Positions 43,149-52,357 of a DNA stretch of 64,000 bases are shown piece after piece (the first letter of the stretch is position 1; every line of letters begins with the position of its first letter). Under the pieces are notes generated by a model, which was not told the DNA's origin, made no database searches, and saw only the letters and a list, made by a program, of their open reading frames with translations. The translations under genes were made by a program, and so were the position numbers. Source of the DNA: an uncultured Elusimicrobia bacterium (GTDB taxonomy: Bacteria; Elusimicrobiota; Elusimicrobia; 2-01-FULL-59-12); the NCBI GenBank assembly GCA_963702895.1, contig OY969767.1, forward strand, positions 1,600,001 through 1,664,000, written 5' to 3'.

Positions 43149-43822
43149 TGAGCGATCTCCCCCCCTTCGACCCCTTCCGCGTGGTCCTCGCCACGCGCAA
43201 CCCGCACAAAATCAAAGAGATCATGGCCATCTTTCATGACACCCCGATTGAATTTTTGACCCTCGACCACTTTCCGGCGGCCCCGGAAGTGGTGGAGGAT
43301 GGACAATCTCTCGAAGAAAATGCCCGAAAGAAGGCCTATGAAGTCGCGAAGTTCACCAAGCACATCGCGCTCGCCGATGATTCGGGACTGGAAGTCAACT
43401 TTCTCGATGGGATGCCAGGCGTCTTTTCCGCTCGCTTTGCGGGCCCCAACTGCAGCTTTGCCGACAACAACAACAAGCTCCTCAAGCTCATGCGGGGCGT
43501 TCCCACGGAGCACCGCCGCGCGCGCTTTCGCTGCATGATCGCTCTGGCTGTTCCGAAAGGAGCCACCCAGACCGTGGAAGGTATCTTGGACGGCTTCATC
43601 ACGGACCGTCCGCGTGGCGAAGAAGGCTTTGGCTATGATCCCGTGTTTCTTGTCCCCGATCAAGGAAAGACCCTTTCCGAGATGGGCCCGACTCTTAAAA
43701 ACAGCCTGAGCCACCGTTATAAGGCCCTGCAGGCCATGCGCCCGATCCTGCTCAAACTCCGCGAGAACATCCTCTCCTACAAAGACAAGCCGCTGCCTGG
43801 CACCCCGACTGAAATCATCTAG
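43148..43822 (+). CDS. rdgB: Non-canonical purine NTP pyrophosphatase (RdgB/HAM1)
   Basis: ATRNPHK, ADDSGLEV, PGVFSAR, GFGYDPVF, SHR. Confidence 0.95.
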   Translation: MSDLPPFDPFRVVLATRNPHKIKEIMAIFHDTPIEFLTLDHFPAAPEVVEDGQSLEENARKKAYEVAKFTKHIALADDSGLEVNFLDGMPGVFSARFAGPNCSFADNNNKLLKLMRGVPTEHRRARFRCMIALAVPKGATQTVEGILDGFITDRPRGEEGFGYDPVFLVPDQGKTLSEMGPTLKNSLSHRYKALQAMRPILLKLRENILSYKDKPLPGTPTEII

Positions 43823-44023
43823 TCGCCTGAGAACTCCCGTCGTCAGATTCAGAAATCAAACACACATTTTGAAGTCGGGGCCCGTCGGCCGAATCGGTTG
43901 ATCCGTCTATTGGTTTGGGTTTCCAGACAGGGATTTAGGATGTGAGATTGTCGCAGGTGCGAGCGGTTCTTGGGAGGGTCCTGCAAGGTCTTCAACTCTG
44001 GCCAGAAGGAGTGTCCGGGCCGA

Positions 44024-44806
44024 TTACCGTAGGCGCAGGTACATCGGTTCGCTCATGGGGCTTTCATGATTTTCTGCATCCAGGCTGGTCACAGCCAGCC
44101 AGACGTCCTGGATATCGGTCGCCGGGCTCCAGACAAAATGAGCATTCACGATTGGATTTTCTGTTTCCAAAACCGAATCCACCATCAAGTCCGTGGAGGA
44201 ACTGTACAGGCGGTACCGATAAGAAGATCCCACCGAATCCCAACTCAGTTCGACCATGGTCGGAGAATCAATACGGGCGGCCAGGTTTTCGGGTATCGGT
44301 ATCAGCTCTTCGGCGGAAACGGGTGTTTCGACCGGTCGTGCGAGGGGCGGCTCGGACACGGCTTGGGGATTGGCCACCGGTAAACGGAGGGGTCTGTTTT
44401 GTGTGGAAACCACCTGTTTTGGAACCTCCGATGGGGCGGTGAGCATCTTTTTTTGGGGGGCAGCGCGAGGGGAGGGCTCCAAGGACGCACCGGTCGGAGG
44501 CCGGCGCAGTTCGACGGAGAGCAACTTCAGTGCTAGAACCATGCCTGCGGCCACCATCATGAAGCTACCGACCCAAAACAATGCGTTCGATAGAATGGAG
44601 CGCATGTCGTCCGGTCCGGAGATGTTTTCATCCCATTGGAACGGCACAGGAGTGGCGGGAATCTTGGGTGTGAGGCGCTGGAGCCGGAGTGATTCCGAGA
44701 TCTTGATCGCCGACGGGGAAGGACGTGGAAGGACTTTTTCGGCCTCTGAGGTGACCTCAGGCAAAGTGTCAATCGGCGGTGTTTGGGTGGATGGAGCCAC
44801 GACCAT
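44024..44806 (-). CDS. Single-pass membrane protein with Pro-rich linker and C-terminal FN3-like domain
   Basis: TM LFWVGSFMMVAAGMVLAL; PENLAA...VELSWD...YRLY...AVTSLD..NHESPMS. Confidence 0.6.
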   Translation of the reverse strand: MVVAPSTQTPPIDTLPEVTSEAEKVLPRPSPSAIKISESLRLQRLTPKIPATPVPFQWDENISGPDDMRSILSNALFWVGSFMMVAAGMVLALKLLSVELRRPPTGASLEPSPRAAPQKKMLTAPSEVPKQVVSTQNRPLRLPVANPQAVSEPPLARPVETPVSAEELIPIPENLAARIDSPTMVELSWDSVGSSYRYRLYSSSTDLMVDSVLETENPIVNAHFVWSPATDIQDVWLAVTSLDAENHESPMSEPMYLRLR

Positions 44807-44928
44807 GCCTCCTCAGTACGACGCGACAACACGGGTATTTTAGCTCTTTTTCAGACGATTTGATGAGGAATATTAGTGGCCGCCATGTTCCGCGGGCGAA
44901 GGGGTTCCCTAGAACCGAAGAGTCCGGG

Positions 44929-46800
44929 CTATGCAGACGTGCGCAGGCGGCGCGGACGATTAGAAAGTGGGACTTGCCCGCGGAGCCGCTCCAGCCAGCG
45001 CAGCACACTTTGGAAATTGTCCGCCGGGGGAAGTCGGCTGGCCTCGTAATATTCCGTGGGATATCCGCCTTGAGCGCTGTACACCTTAAAATCCGCCGGT
45101 AGCTCGCGGAGCCATGCCGGGGGGATGCGCAATCGTCTGGCCGTCTCGGTTTTGGAGACGTAACCAACAGGCCGTTTGGGTGGAAGATGGGCGGCGAGCG
45201 TGGCTTCCAATTCCACCGCAAGATACTGATGACGAATTCGGCCGTACTGCTCTGTTTGGACCGGCAAGCCCAATCGGTTCGCCACGGCGTGCACCTGGCG
45301 GCGGTGGTAACCGTATTTCTCGGCCAGCGCGCGCAGTGAAATCCGGCGACGATCCGGGTGAAAACGGTGCCGCAGCGCGGCCAGCTCTTCCGGTAAAACC
45401 ACAAAATAAGGACGCCAGGAAAATCCGATCATCCGCGGCGCGACGCGGCCGTCATCCAGAAGATCCCGCAAGGTTTCGTAGTTGATCCCGATCGCAGCGG
45501 CCAGCTCACCTTGGGAAATGGCATGGGGGACCCGCTGGGGGCAAAAGATCTCCCGAAGCACCGGCACCCAGTCCGCCAGGAAAAAAGAATCGGTCCGTTG
45601 CCCGCGGGGAACAGGAAAATACGGCATATCTCCGGACTTTATCAGCTTCGAAATTTCGTCCGTCGTCATCTGCAGCGCTTGGGCCAATTCTCCGATGGTC
45701 AACAGGTCCCTTCGAGGATAAGGCAACGGGGAACGAACTTGCTGGACCGGTGACATTTTGAGTTGACGTTGGAAATGGCGAAGGTCCTTCGGGGACGCCA
45801 CGTAATAGGGCTGGCCGGCAGGACCAATTTGTTCCGGCTGGATGATCTTCCAGGCTATGGCAAAGGCGATGAAGCGCTCCTTTCGGCCCAGCTTGGCGGC
45901 GAGCTCTTCCAGACGGTAGGCGTGCGGCACGCGCTCGGGAGCAAACCGGCGGAGGATCGCCGGCAGGTCCGACCTGAGGAAATACGGGAGGCCCCGCACG
46001 TCCTCGTGGCTCCAAAGCGTTTCGACCGGCCGGAGCGCGCCCGCCTCCACCAGATCGCGAACAACGTAAAGAGACTTTCCGAGAAACTTCGCCAGCTCTG
46101 CGATGCCCACCACCTGATCGGCGGGCGTCTGGAGAACAAACTTGCGCCGCGCGGCCACCGCGGTCTCCCAGAAGAAGAAATCCTCGCTGTATCCCTGAGA
46201 CTGGCGCAAATCGGGGACAACAACCCCTCCCCGGATCGCCTCGTCCACCATCGCCAAATCCTGAAGATCCAGCACAACCCGCAATTCATTGATGGTGACT
46301 AAGGGCTTCAGCGCCACCCGCCGAGCCAAGGTCGCGTAATTAGCAGGATAGCGTATCCAGACCGTTCCCTCGGGCGCCGGTCGAGGGACATCCGTGACCA
46401 ATTCCACAATAGTCTTGTTCTGATCCAGTGCATAGGAAGCCACCAGAAAGGGATCGACCTTGGGCACCGAGGAAGGGCTGGTTGCCGATCGCGCGGCCGC
46501 GCGGCCCGCGCGCGGCCGGCGTTTCTGTGAACGATCGTTGGCTGTATCTCGAATCAGAGCCGGGCCTAGAGTGAAGAGCTGACGTCGCGATGGCCGGGCC
46601 ACGTCGGAACCGTTGTGCCGCATGCCGCGGCTTCCGTCATCCAGGAACGGATGCCGGCTGGACCAGAGGGACGGCAGTTGGAACGCCTCCGAAGCGAGAC
46701 TCGCGCAGGAAAAAGCCTGTGCCCCACCCAAGCGGGCGTCTTTCGGCGCAAGCGGACGGGGAAGAAGGGCAACGGACAGGAGAACGGCCGTCCAGCGCAT
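44929..46800 (-). CDS. Leader-bearing protein with about seven tandem excisionase/MerR-like HTH domains
   Basis: Repeats such as VGIAELAKFLG, YRLEELAAKLG, LTIGELAQALQ, ISQGELAAAIG, ISLRALAEKYG, VSKTETARRL. Confidence 0.75.
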   Translation of the reverse strand: MRWTAVLLSVALLPRPLAPKDARLGGAQAFSCASLASEAFQLPSLWSSRHPFLDDGSRGMRHNGSDVARPSRRQLFTLGPALIRDTANDRSQKRRPRAGRAAARSATSPSSVPKVDPFLVASYALDQNKTIVELVTDVPRPAPEGTVWIRYPANYATLARRVALKPLVTINELRVVLDLQDLAMVDEAIRGGVVVPDLRQSQGYSEDFFFWETAVAARRKFVLQTPADQVVGIAELAKFLGKSLYVVRDLVEAGALRPVETLWSHEDVRGLPYFLRSDLPAILRRFAPERVPHAYRLEELAAKLGRKERFIAFAIAWKIIQPEQIGPAGQPYYVASPKDLRHFQRQLKMSPVQQVRSPLPYPRRDLLTIGELAQALQMTTDEISKLIKSGDMPYFPVPRGQRTDSFFLADWVPVLREIFCPQRVPHAISQGELAAAIGINYETLRDLLDDGRVAPRMIGFSWRPYFVVLPEELAALRHRFHPDRRRISLRALAEKYGYHRRQVHAVANRLGLPVQTEQYGRIRHQYLAVELEATLAAHLPPKRPVGYVSKTETARRLRIPPAWLRELPADFKVYSAQGGYPTEYYEASRLPPADNFQSVLRWLERLRGQVPLSNRPRRLRTSA

Positions 46801-47141
46801 GGTTGAGATTAACTGATTCCCGACAACGCATAAAGAGGCCGAAAAGCTATAAAATCGGGACTCGTCGACCCATGGTTCTCGTGGGTCTATCGCCAAGACG
46901 GATGTCTCGGCACCCGTTTCAAGGGGCGAATCAATGGCTGCTAATACCAGCCATTGATCTCCTATTTTGGTTAGAGCAGCGGGCGAAGGCTGCGGGTTTG
47001 CTTTCTGTTTCCAACATTCAAATCCTACGCGATCTCGCTTCCCAAAATCTCACCGGCTGAGACTGATCGATTGGCATGTTGTTCTGGTCCGATAGAATCT
47101 AGTACCCTATCATTCGCTTCTTCGTGAGCCAATCCTTTCGT

Positions 47142-47219
47142 GGTGGCTATAGCTCAATTGGTTAGAGCGCTGCCCTGTGGCGGCAGAGGTTGCGGGTTCA
47201 AGTCCCGTTAGCCACCCCA
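47142..47219 (+). tRNA. tRNA-His(GTG), with G-1 and encoded CCA
   Basis: G-GTGGCTA acceptor; anticodon arm CTGCC-CTGTGGC-GGCAG; C73 discriminator. Confidence 0.97.
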
Positions 47220-47243
47220 TCGCTCGCCAGACGTCTGGCGAGC

Positions 47244-47312
47244 GACCTCAAACCTCACATCGAGCACCTCAAATCTTAAAGATTTGCTATGTTCGTTTTG
47301 AGGTTTGAGGTG
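47244..47312. repeat. Heptamer (ACCTCAA) imperfect hairpin at the end of the four-helix-bundle gene
   Basis: ACCTCAAACCTCACA...ACCTCAAAT / TTTGAGGTTTGAGGT. Confidence 0.65.
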
Positions 47313-47671
47313 CCGTTCGAATTCCGCTTGGCCGTTAGAACCGACTGAGACAAAATGGCGACAAATTCTCCGGCTTCCTGGATCAGACCTGATAGGTCCT
47401 CGGAGACCTGAAACTCTGCCGCGCGGACGAGCTCCAACCAGTAACGCGCCTCCCTTGCCTCTTTCAGTGCAAGCTGCAACTTGTGTAGGAAATCTGCCCG
47501 ACTTTCGGCGGCCCTGGCTTCTTGCAGATGAGCGCCGACAGAGGTTCCGCTTCGAAATAGCTGGTCTCCGAGATGTGCACCGACTTTATTCGCCGGCAAC
47601 TGCGCCATCAACTTCAACATTGCCGCCCCAAACGCTAAATACCGCTCATCAAACTGTTTGTTCCGGTGCAT
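47276..47671 (-). CDS. Four-helix-bundle protein (23S rRNA IVS / Avd-like family)
   Basis: DQLFRSGTSVGA...EA..AESRADFLHKL..ALKEARE..YWLEL. Confidence 0.92.
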   Translation of the reverse strand: MHRNKQFDERYLAFGAAMLKLMAQLPANKVGAHLGDQLFRSGTSVGAHLQEARAAESRADFLHKLQLALKEAREARYWLELVRAAEFQVSEDLSGLIQEAGEFVAILSQSVLTAKRNSNGTSNLKTNIANL

Positions 47672-47800
47672 GAATATGCCTCCTTGGATGAATGGCCCTA
47701 CATCCCTTAGATGCGCGAACCGGAAGAATATTCACGGTGGAACTAGAATTTATACGTAAAGAAAAGAGTGTGTCCTGCCCGTCAGCCGCAAGACCGATAG

Positions 47801-47987
47801 CCTGATCCGGTACGAAGCCACCCTTTTGCGCCAGTTCTACCGGGCCATACACGAACTGGAGCGGCTCCCCGCCACGACATCCCGGCGGGTCCGCCGACGC
47901 CTCAGTGGCGGACAGAGCTCGCGGCGCGGGGTGGCCGTGCCGCCGCCGGTCGCGGTTGACGTAGAGGTTACGTCATCAATCCCCTGA
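47801..47987 (+). pseudogene. Orphan C-terminal gene fragment with an in-frame twin-hairpin insertion
   Basis: LIRYEATLLRQFYRAIHELERL[45 nt, 47868-47912]QSSRRGVAVPPPVAVDVEV; no start codon or N-terminal part. Confidence 0.45.
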
Positions 47988-48268
47988 AAATGGGTTTGTT
48001 TCGCAAAAATGATTGGGCAAATGACGATCTTCGAATTAATAGACTTATTGAAAGTTTCGCGTCTCACTCACGTTACTTCAGGCCATTAAGAAGGGCGGAA
48101 GCTCCCGATCGATGTTTCTGGCGATCAGGGCTTCCAAAGAACTCTCTCTATTTGACTTCTCCTGGACCTATGTCTCCGTGCCATCGGGCCCATGACCTCC
48201 GGACGCTCAATTTGGGCCTTCAGTTACGCAACCCTTTACTCTATACTTATTGTTGACGCGACCTTCTT

Positions 48269-49876
48269 ATGATTCACTTCAAGCGCATCCTCGCGATGCC
48301 ACTAAGCGTGGTGTTGGTATTCCCAGACGTTTCGTCTGCGTGTTCTCGAATCGCTCACAAGAATGAGGTTTCGACAATCGAATCGCTTTTATTCGATCGT
48401 GTGGCTCTCGCCCATCGGGCCGAGTGGGTTCACGTGAATGGTCGTAAACGGCACGAGCCACAAGAACTGCGCGACCTTGCTCGGAAGATTGTTTCTCCGC
48501 AAGTGTTCAATGCACCGCAGTTGCTCTTTGCGGATGCAAGCGAGCATGACAGCCGAGCGCCGTTAAGAGCCGATACCGTCTCTTGGCCGCTGAATGATAT
48601 TCGTCTGGTAATAGACAGAATTAATCAACGAATAGCGGACCTTTTTCCCAAAGGCGATCCGTTGCAAAGACTACGTGAGCGATTGCCCACAATCGGTCAT
48701 CCCATTTACAGGATTGCTGACAGGTCCTTTCTCCTTCACGACATGGCCGTCGCACAAGTTGTTCAAGGACATTTGGGTCCGCTCGGCGAAAGTCCATTAG
48801 TGGGGCTTTATATTGGATCCGGCGGAGATGCCGTTCACTACTATTGGTCTACGAACGCACTCAAGAACCGCTCTTCATTCACCCGGTTCGTTGATATCAA
48901 GTACCGCAACATCACATATGACGATCTTCAAGCAGCCCTATCTGATCCACAAAGATTTATCAAGGAACATCTGAGATTGCGAGATTACCGTGACTTTAAA
49001 CAAGAGAACGGATTCGCGCGGCAAGAGCATCTCGAGAACTTCTACGGTGATACCCCTGGTTTAGGACGTCCGGACCGCCTTTCGATCCTGGCGGCCCTGC
49101 TTCTTGAACTCGAGACAATCGGAATTGATCTAAGAACGATTCAGCCTCTGCGCTTGAACGGCCGCGTGACACTAAGCTGGGGTTCAAATACCGATAAATC
49201 CGCTCACATTCTTCAATTATGGGGTGAAGACATTTCTAAGCTCGAAGACATTCCACCTTATGATGTCTGTTATCAACGCGCCGTCTATGGGCTTTCTAAT
49301 GGTTATGTCAAGGGTGATGAAAGCTATATGCAACGGGTTGTAGATGCATTACCTCCGCACGGGCTACTGGTAACTGATGACTATGCCCTTTCGACAAACA
49401 TCTCCCAAGGTTACATCGACAATGCCGCACACTTCCCCAACGTCCGGCATGGTCGTCCTCTCTCGGTCATTGAAACACCCCAAACGCGGGCTGCTGAAAC
49501 GTTGGTGTTGAACGCGAAGAACAGAATCTCGGATGACCCGCTGCGGAAATATGGTTGGCACGTCCGTGTCCGTGCACGTATCGCTGCCGATGCAGGCAAT
49601 GAAGGCCATGGCGGCTCCGCATTCCTGCAATTCGAGCTGCCTCCAGAGACTGGACCATGGCTCCCGGGGATAATTAGTGCTCGGAATCTAGTATGGTTCA
49701 CAGTTGCCAGTGCGATCGCACTCTGGGCTGGACCCAGCCAGTTAGCATTTGGGATTTGGGCAATCGCCCTTACGATAACCTTATATGAAACCGCCGTCAG
49801 ATTCGGTGTAGGCGCACCGCAGTCCCGCGAGCCAAAGGGCTCGACAAACCTGGTCGCACTTCGCAGTTCAGCGTAG
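48269..49876 (+). CDS. Leader-bearing hypothetical protein, possible SAM-dependent methyltransferase-like domain, C-terminal TM pair
   Basis: 535-aa ORF; VGLYIGSGGD...FVD resembles class I MTase motifs I/II; ends VALRSSA. Confidence 0.65.
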   Translation: MIHFKRILAMPLSVVLVFPDVSSACSRIAHKNEVSTIESLLFDRVALAHRAEWVHVNGRKRHEPQELRDLARKIVSPQVFNAPQLLFADASEHDSRAPLRADTVSWPLNDIRLVIDRINQRIADLFPKGDPLQRLRERLPTIGHPIYRIADRSFLLHDMAVAQVVQGHLGPLGESPLVGLYIGSGGDAVHYYWSTNALKNRSSFTRFVDIKYRNITYDDLQAALSDPQRFIKEHLRLRDYRDFKQENGFARQEHLENFYGDTPGLGRPDRLSILAALLLELETIGIDLRTIQPLRLNGRVTLSWGSNTDKSAHILQLWGEDISKLEDIPPYDVCYQRAVYGLSNGYVKGDESYMQRVVDALPPHGLLVTDDYALSTNISQGYIDNAAHFPNVRHGRPLSVIETPQTRAAETLVLNAKNRISDDPLRKYGWHVRVRARIAADAGNEGHGGSAFLQFELPPETGPWLPGIISARNLVWFTVASAIALWAGPSQLAFGIWAIALTITLYETAVRFGVGAPQSREPKGSTNLVALRSSA

Positions 49877-49931
49877 TGCTCTACCGAGCATAAAGCTCAC
49901 CCGAAGAGTTCTATCTTTCAACCAGTCTGGG

Positions 49932-50062
49932 ACCCCAGATTTGGCCACCTCACACCTCACATGTAACACCTGGCACCTGAGAGATCTGGAAGGTCGGCCG
50001 TGTTCGGTCTTGCGCCACTGTGGCTTCGGAGCCCTTACACGCGAAGCGTTGTCGGGGCGGAC
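49932..50062 (+). repeat. 131-bp direct repeat, copy 1
   Basis: Near-identical to 50693-50823. Confidence 0.9.
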
Positions 50063-50262
50063 CCGCCTATGCTGTAGTGGCGGGGAGGTGTGAGGCTCGA
50101 TTAAGTGGATCCCCCTGGGCATGCCCGGAGAACTCAAGGCGTCTATTTGAGGCTTTCACCTCGTTGGTGAAAAATGCTCCACCAGACCCTGGGCGCTATC
50201 GGAAGATTAGGGTGCCGGCGAGCGTTTGACAAAAGGCCCCGCAGGGACGTACGATCACTCCC

Positions 50263-50637
50263 GTGAAATCGCCGAAGAAACCGTCCAAGGGACCTTCCCT
50301 TCCTTCCCAAGACGAAGCCCGACGCGCCAACGTGCTCATGGAGCAAATGCTGTCGAAGTTCGACACCTTCGGCGAGTCGCTCTCCGCCGTCCGTGAGGAC
50401 GTGAATAGTATGAAACCCGATCTGCACGCCGTCAAAGAGGATGTCGCGGTTTTGAAAACAGCGGTCCGAACCAATGGCCAAGAGATACGCTCCCTGAAAG
50501 AAGCTGTTCAGGGAAATACCGTTGACATCCGCTCTCTAAAAGAGGCCGTCCAGGGGAATACTGAAGCCATCCAATCCATGCAGGCCGACCTCAAAACTAT
50601 CGACCAACGACTCGAAGCGGTCGAAGCCAAATCCTAA
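50263..50637 (+). CDS. Small coiled-coil protein with 14-aa internal repeats
   Basis: IRSLKEAVQGNT x2; heptad pattern throughout. Confidence 0.7.
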   Translation: MKSPKKPSKGPSLPSQDEARRANVLMEQMLSKFDTFGESLSAVREDVNSMKPDLHAVKEDVAVLKTAVRTNGQEIRSLKEAVQGNTVDIRSLKEAVQGNTEAIQSMQADLKTIDQRLEAVEAKS

Positions 50638-50692
50638 ATTCGCCTCCCTAAGCCGTCTGCAATAGACAGGTTCTAACCTCGTTCAAGATGCC

Positions 50693-50823
50693 ACCCCAGA
50701 TTTGTCCGCCTCACACCTCACCTGTGACACCTGGCACCTGAGAGATCTGGAAGGTCTGACGTGTTCGGTCTTCCGCCACTGTGGCTTCGGAGCCCTTACA
50801 TGCGAAGCGTTGTCGGGGCGGAC
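50693..50823 (+). repeat. 131-bp direct repeat, copy 2
   Basis: Near-identical to 49932-50062. Confidence 0.9.
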
Positions 50824-50952
50824 GGGTCCAAATCCCGTTTGAACCTACCCATGTTGAATCACTGCCAGGAAAGAGTGAGGCCGCTCGACCGGAGCCGGGA
50901 GCATTGACTCCACAATCAAAGCGCGCAATAATTCTGCTTAGGGAGGTCCGCT

Positions 50953-51363
50953 ATGAATTGTCCAAAGTGTAAGACTGCCATACATGAGATGCGCTTGGAA
51001 GGGGTCGATTTCGACTTCTGCTCCTCTTGTAAAGGGATGTGGTTTGATCGGGACGAACTCGCGTTTATGATGGAGTTAAAAAAGGACATCCCTTATATCG
51101 AGAAAATCAAAGAGGCCGCGAAGAGAACGGCTTATGACTGCCCCCGCTGCGGGCAGAAGCTCGAAGAATTAAAATTCGATTCCTTGCACAACCTCTTATT
51201 CGACCGATGTCTGAGCTGCCATGGGATCTGGCTGGATAAAGGTGAATTAGCCAAGGCAGAAAATATTTCTGCTTTCATCGGTGATGCTCGCTCCAAGATC
51301 TTAATGGCTTGTCGACAACTGAGAGATAAGGGGTATCAGATTCTGGGAGTCCGGATTATCTGA
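50953..51363 (+). CDS. zf-TFIIB-type double zinc-ribbon protein
   Basis: CPKC...CSSCKGMWFDRDEL and CPRC...CLSCHGIWLDKGEL; GGAGG RBS. Confidence 0.85.
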   Translation: MNCPKCKTAIHEMRLEGVDFDFCSSCKGMWFDRDELAFMMELKKDIPYIEKIKEAAKRTAYDCPRCGQKLEELKFDSLHNLLFDRCLSCHGIWLDKGELAKAENISAFIGDARSKILMACRQLRDKGYQILGVRII

Positions 51364-51426
51364 CCCATCAAGTTTCAACAGCAGAGACTATTCGCCACCC
51401 CATCACCGCAGCCCTTTACGAAAGCC

Positions 51427-51464
51427 AAGAGCCGGGGCAAATCCCGAGGATCTGCCCCGGCTTG
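51427..51464. terminator. Hairpin between convergent genes, probable terminator
   Basis: AGCCGGGGCA(A)ATC...GATCTGCCCCGGCT. Confidence 0.5.
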
Positions 51465-51486
51465 TCATGTCTCTGGATCCCGCGGA

Positions 51487-51891
51487 CTACTTATTACTCT
51501 TGTTTTGTTTGTTGCCTTTGCCTTGGCACATCGGGCAATCGCACCCCATAGGGCACTTGGAGCCGGGTCCTTTGGCTTTCATCTCTTCAAACTTTGCTTT
51601 TTGTTCCTCGGTTAGGATCGCCTTGATCTTTTCGTGGGTTTCCCGACGGACCTGCTGCAGTCGCTCCTGCTTTTCAGCAAGAATAGGCTTGACTTGCGCC
51701 TGCTGCTCGCTCGTCAAATTGAGCTTCTGGGTGAGACGCTCCAGTTGCTCTTCATCCCACTGAGCCATTTTTTCGGCTTTCCCCTGCTTGCCTTCGCCCA
51801 TGCCGCAATGACCACAATGCGCCGAAACGAACGCAGTGCTTAACACCAATAATCCTACGATCCCCAACGATTTGCTTAGCCACTTCATCAT
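51487..51891 (-). CDS. Periplasmic Spy/CpxP-like (LTxxQ) protein with Cys/His-rich ends
   Basis: Signal peptide; LNLTSEQ and ILTEEQKAKF; HCGHC and CPMGCDCPMC. Confidence 0.75.
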   Translation of the reverse strand: MMKWLSKSLGIVGLLVLSTAFVSAHCGHCGMGEGKQGKAEKMAQWDEEQLERLTQKLNLTSEQQAQVKPILAEKQERLQQVRRETHEKIKAILTEEQKAKFEEMKAKGPGSKCPMGCDCPMCQGKGNKQNKSNK

Positions 51892-52172
51892 GTCTGATCC
51901 TCCCTATTCGATGATACGAGTGTGTACACGAGCGTACTGAAATCCAAGTGCATCAAACTGTTGAACCCACGAGACCACAACATCCATCGAAGCATTTAGT
52001 TCCCATTCCAGCGCTCATAGCCGGTCCAATACCAGAAATGGTAAACTGTCGCGAATTTCGCGTTAGATTTGACCATTTGGCTTGTCTGGGTGTCAGAATT
52101 GGCCCGCTGAATCGGGGCGTCCTGAGGTGTTGTTTTGTTGTCTATCGGGGTGGCGCCGTTGGTCAACTGGCT

Positions 52173-52256
52173 CGGGGCGTAGCGTCCCTGACGGTCGCCT
52201 AGCGGCGACCGGAGGGACAGTCCCTACACCCGAAGGGTGTGCGGGACGCAGTTGGT
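52173..52256 (+). pseudogene. 5'-fragment copy of tRNA-Pro with a branched hairpin insert
   Basis: CGGGGCGTAGCG[TCCC...GGGACAGTCCC...GGGACG]CAGTTGGT. Confidence 0.7.
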
Positions 52257-52275
52257 GAAAATGCTGCTGCTGGGT

Positions 52276-52348
52276 CGGGGCGTAGCGCAGTTGGTAGCGC
52301 GCCTGCTTTGGGAGCAGGAGGTCCCGGGTTCAAATCCCGGCGCCCCGA
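52276..52348 (+). tRNA. tRNA-Pro(TGG)
   Basis: CGGGGCG acceptor; anticodon arm CCTGC-TTTGGGA-GCAGG; T-loop TTCAAAT. Confidence 0.96.
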
Positions 52349-52357
52349 CCCAGCAGC

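Noticed and set aside
47276..47671. Diversity-generating retroelement (Avd-like gene)
   Set aside because: No reverse transcriptase in the window; the nearby 131-bp repeats are non-coding and their differences are not confined to adenines.
44024..52000. Prophage or integrative element at tRNA-His or tRNA-Pro
   Set aside because: No integrase, transposase or phage structural genes and no distal att duplication found; the region looks like accumulated small cargo.
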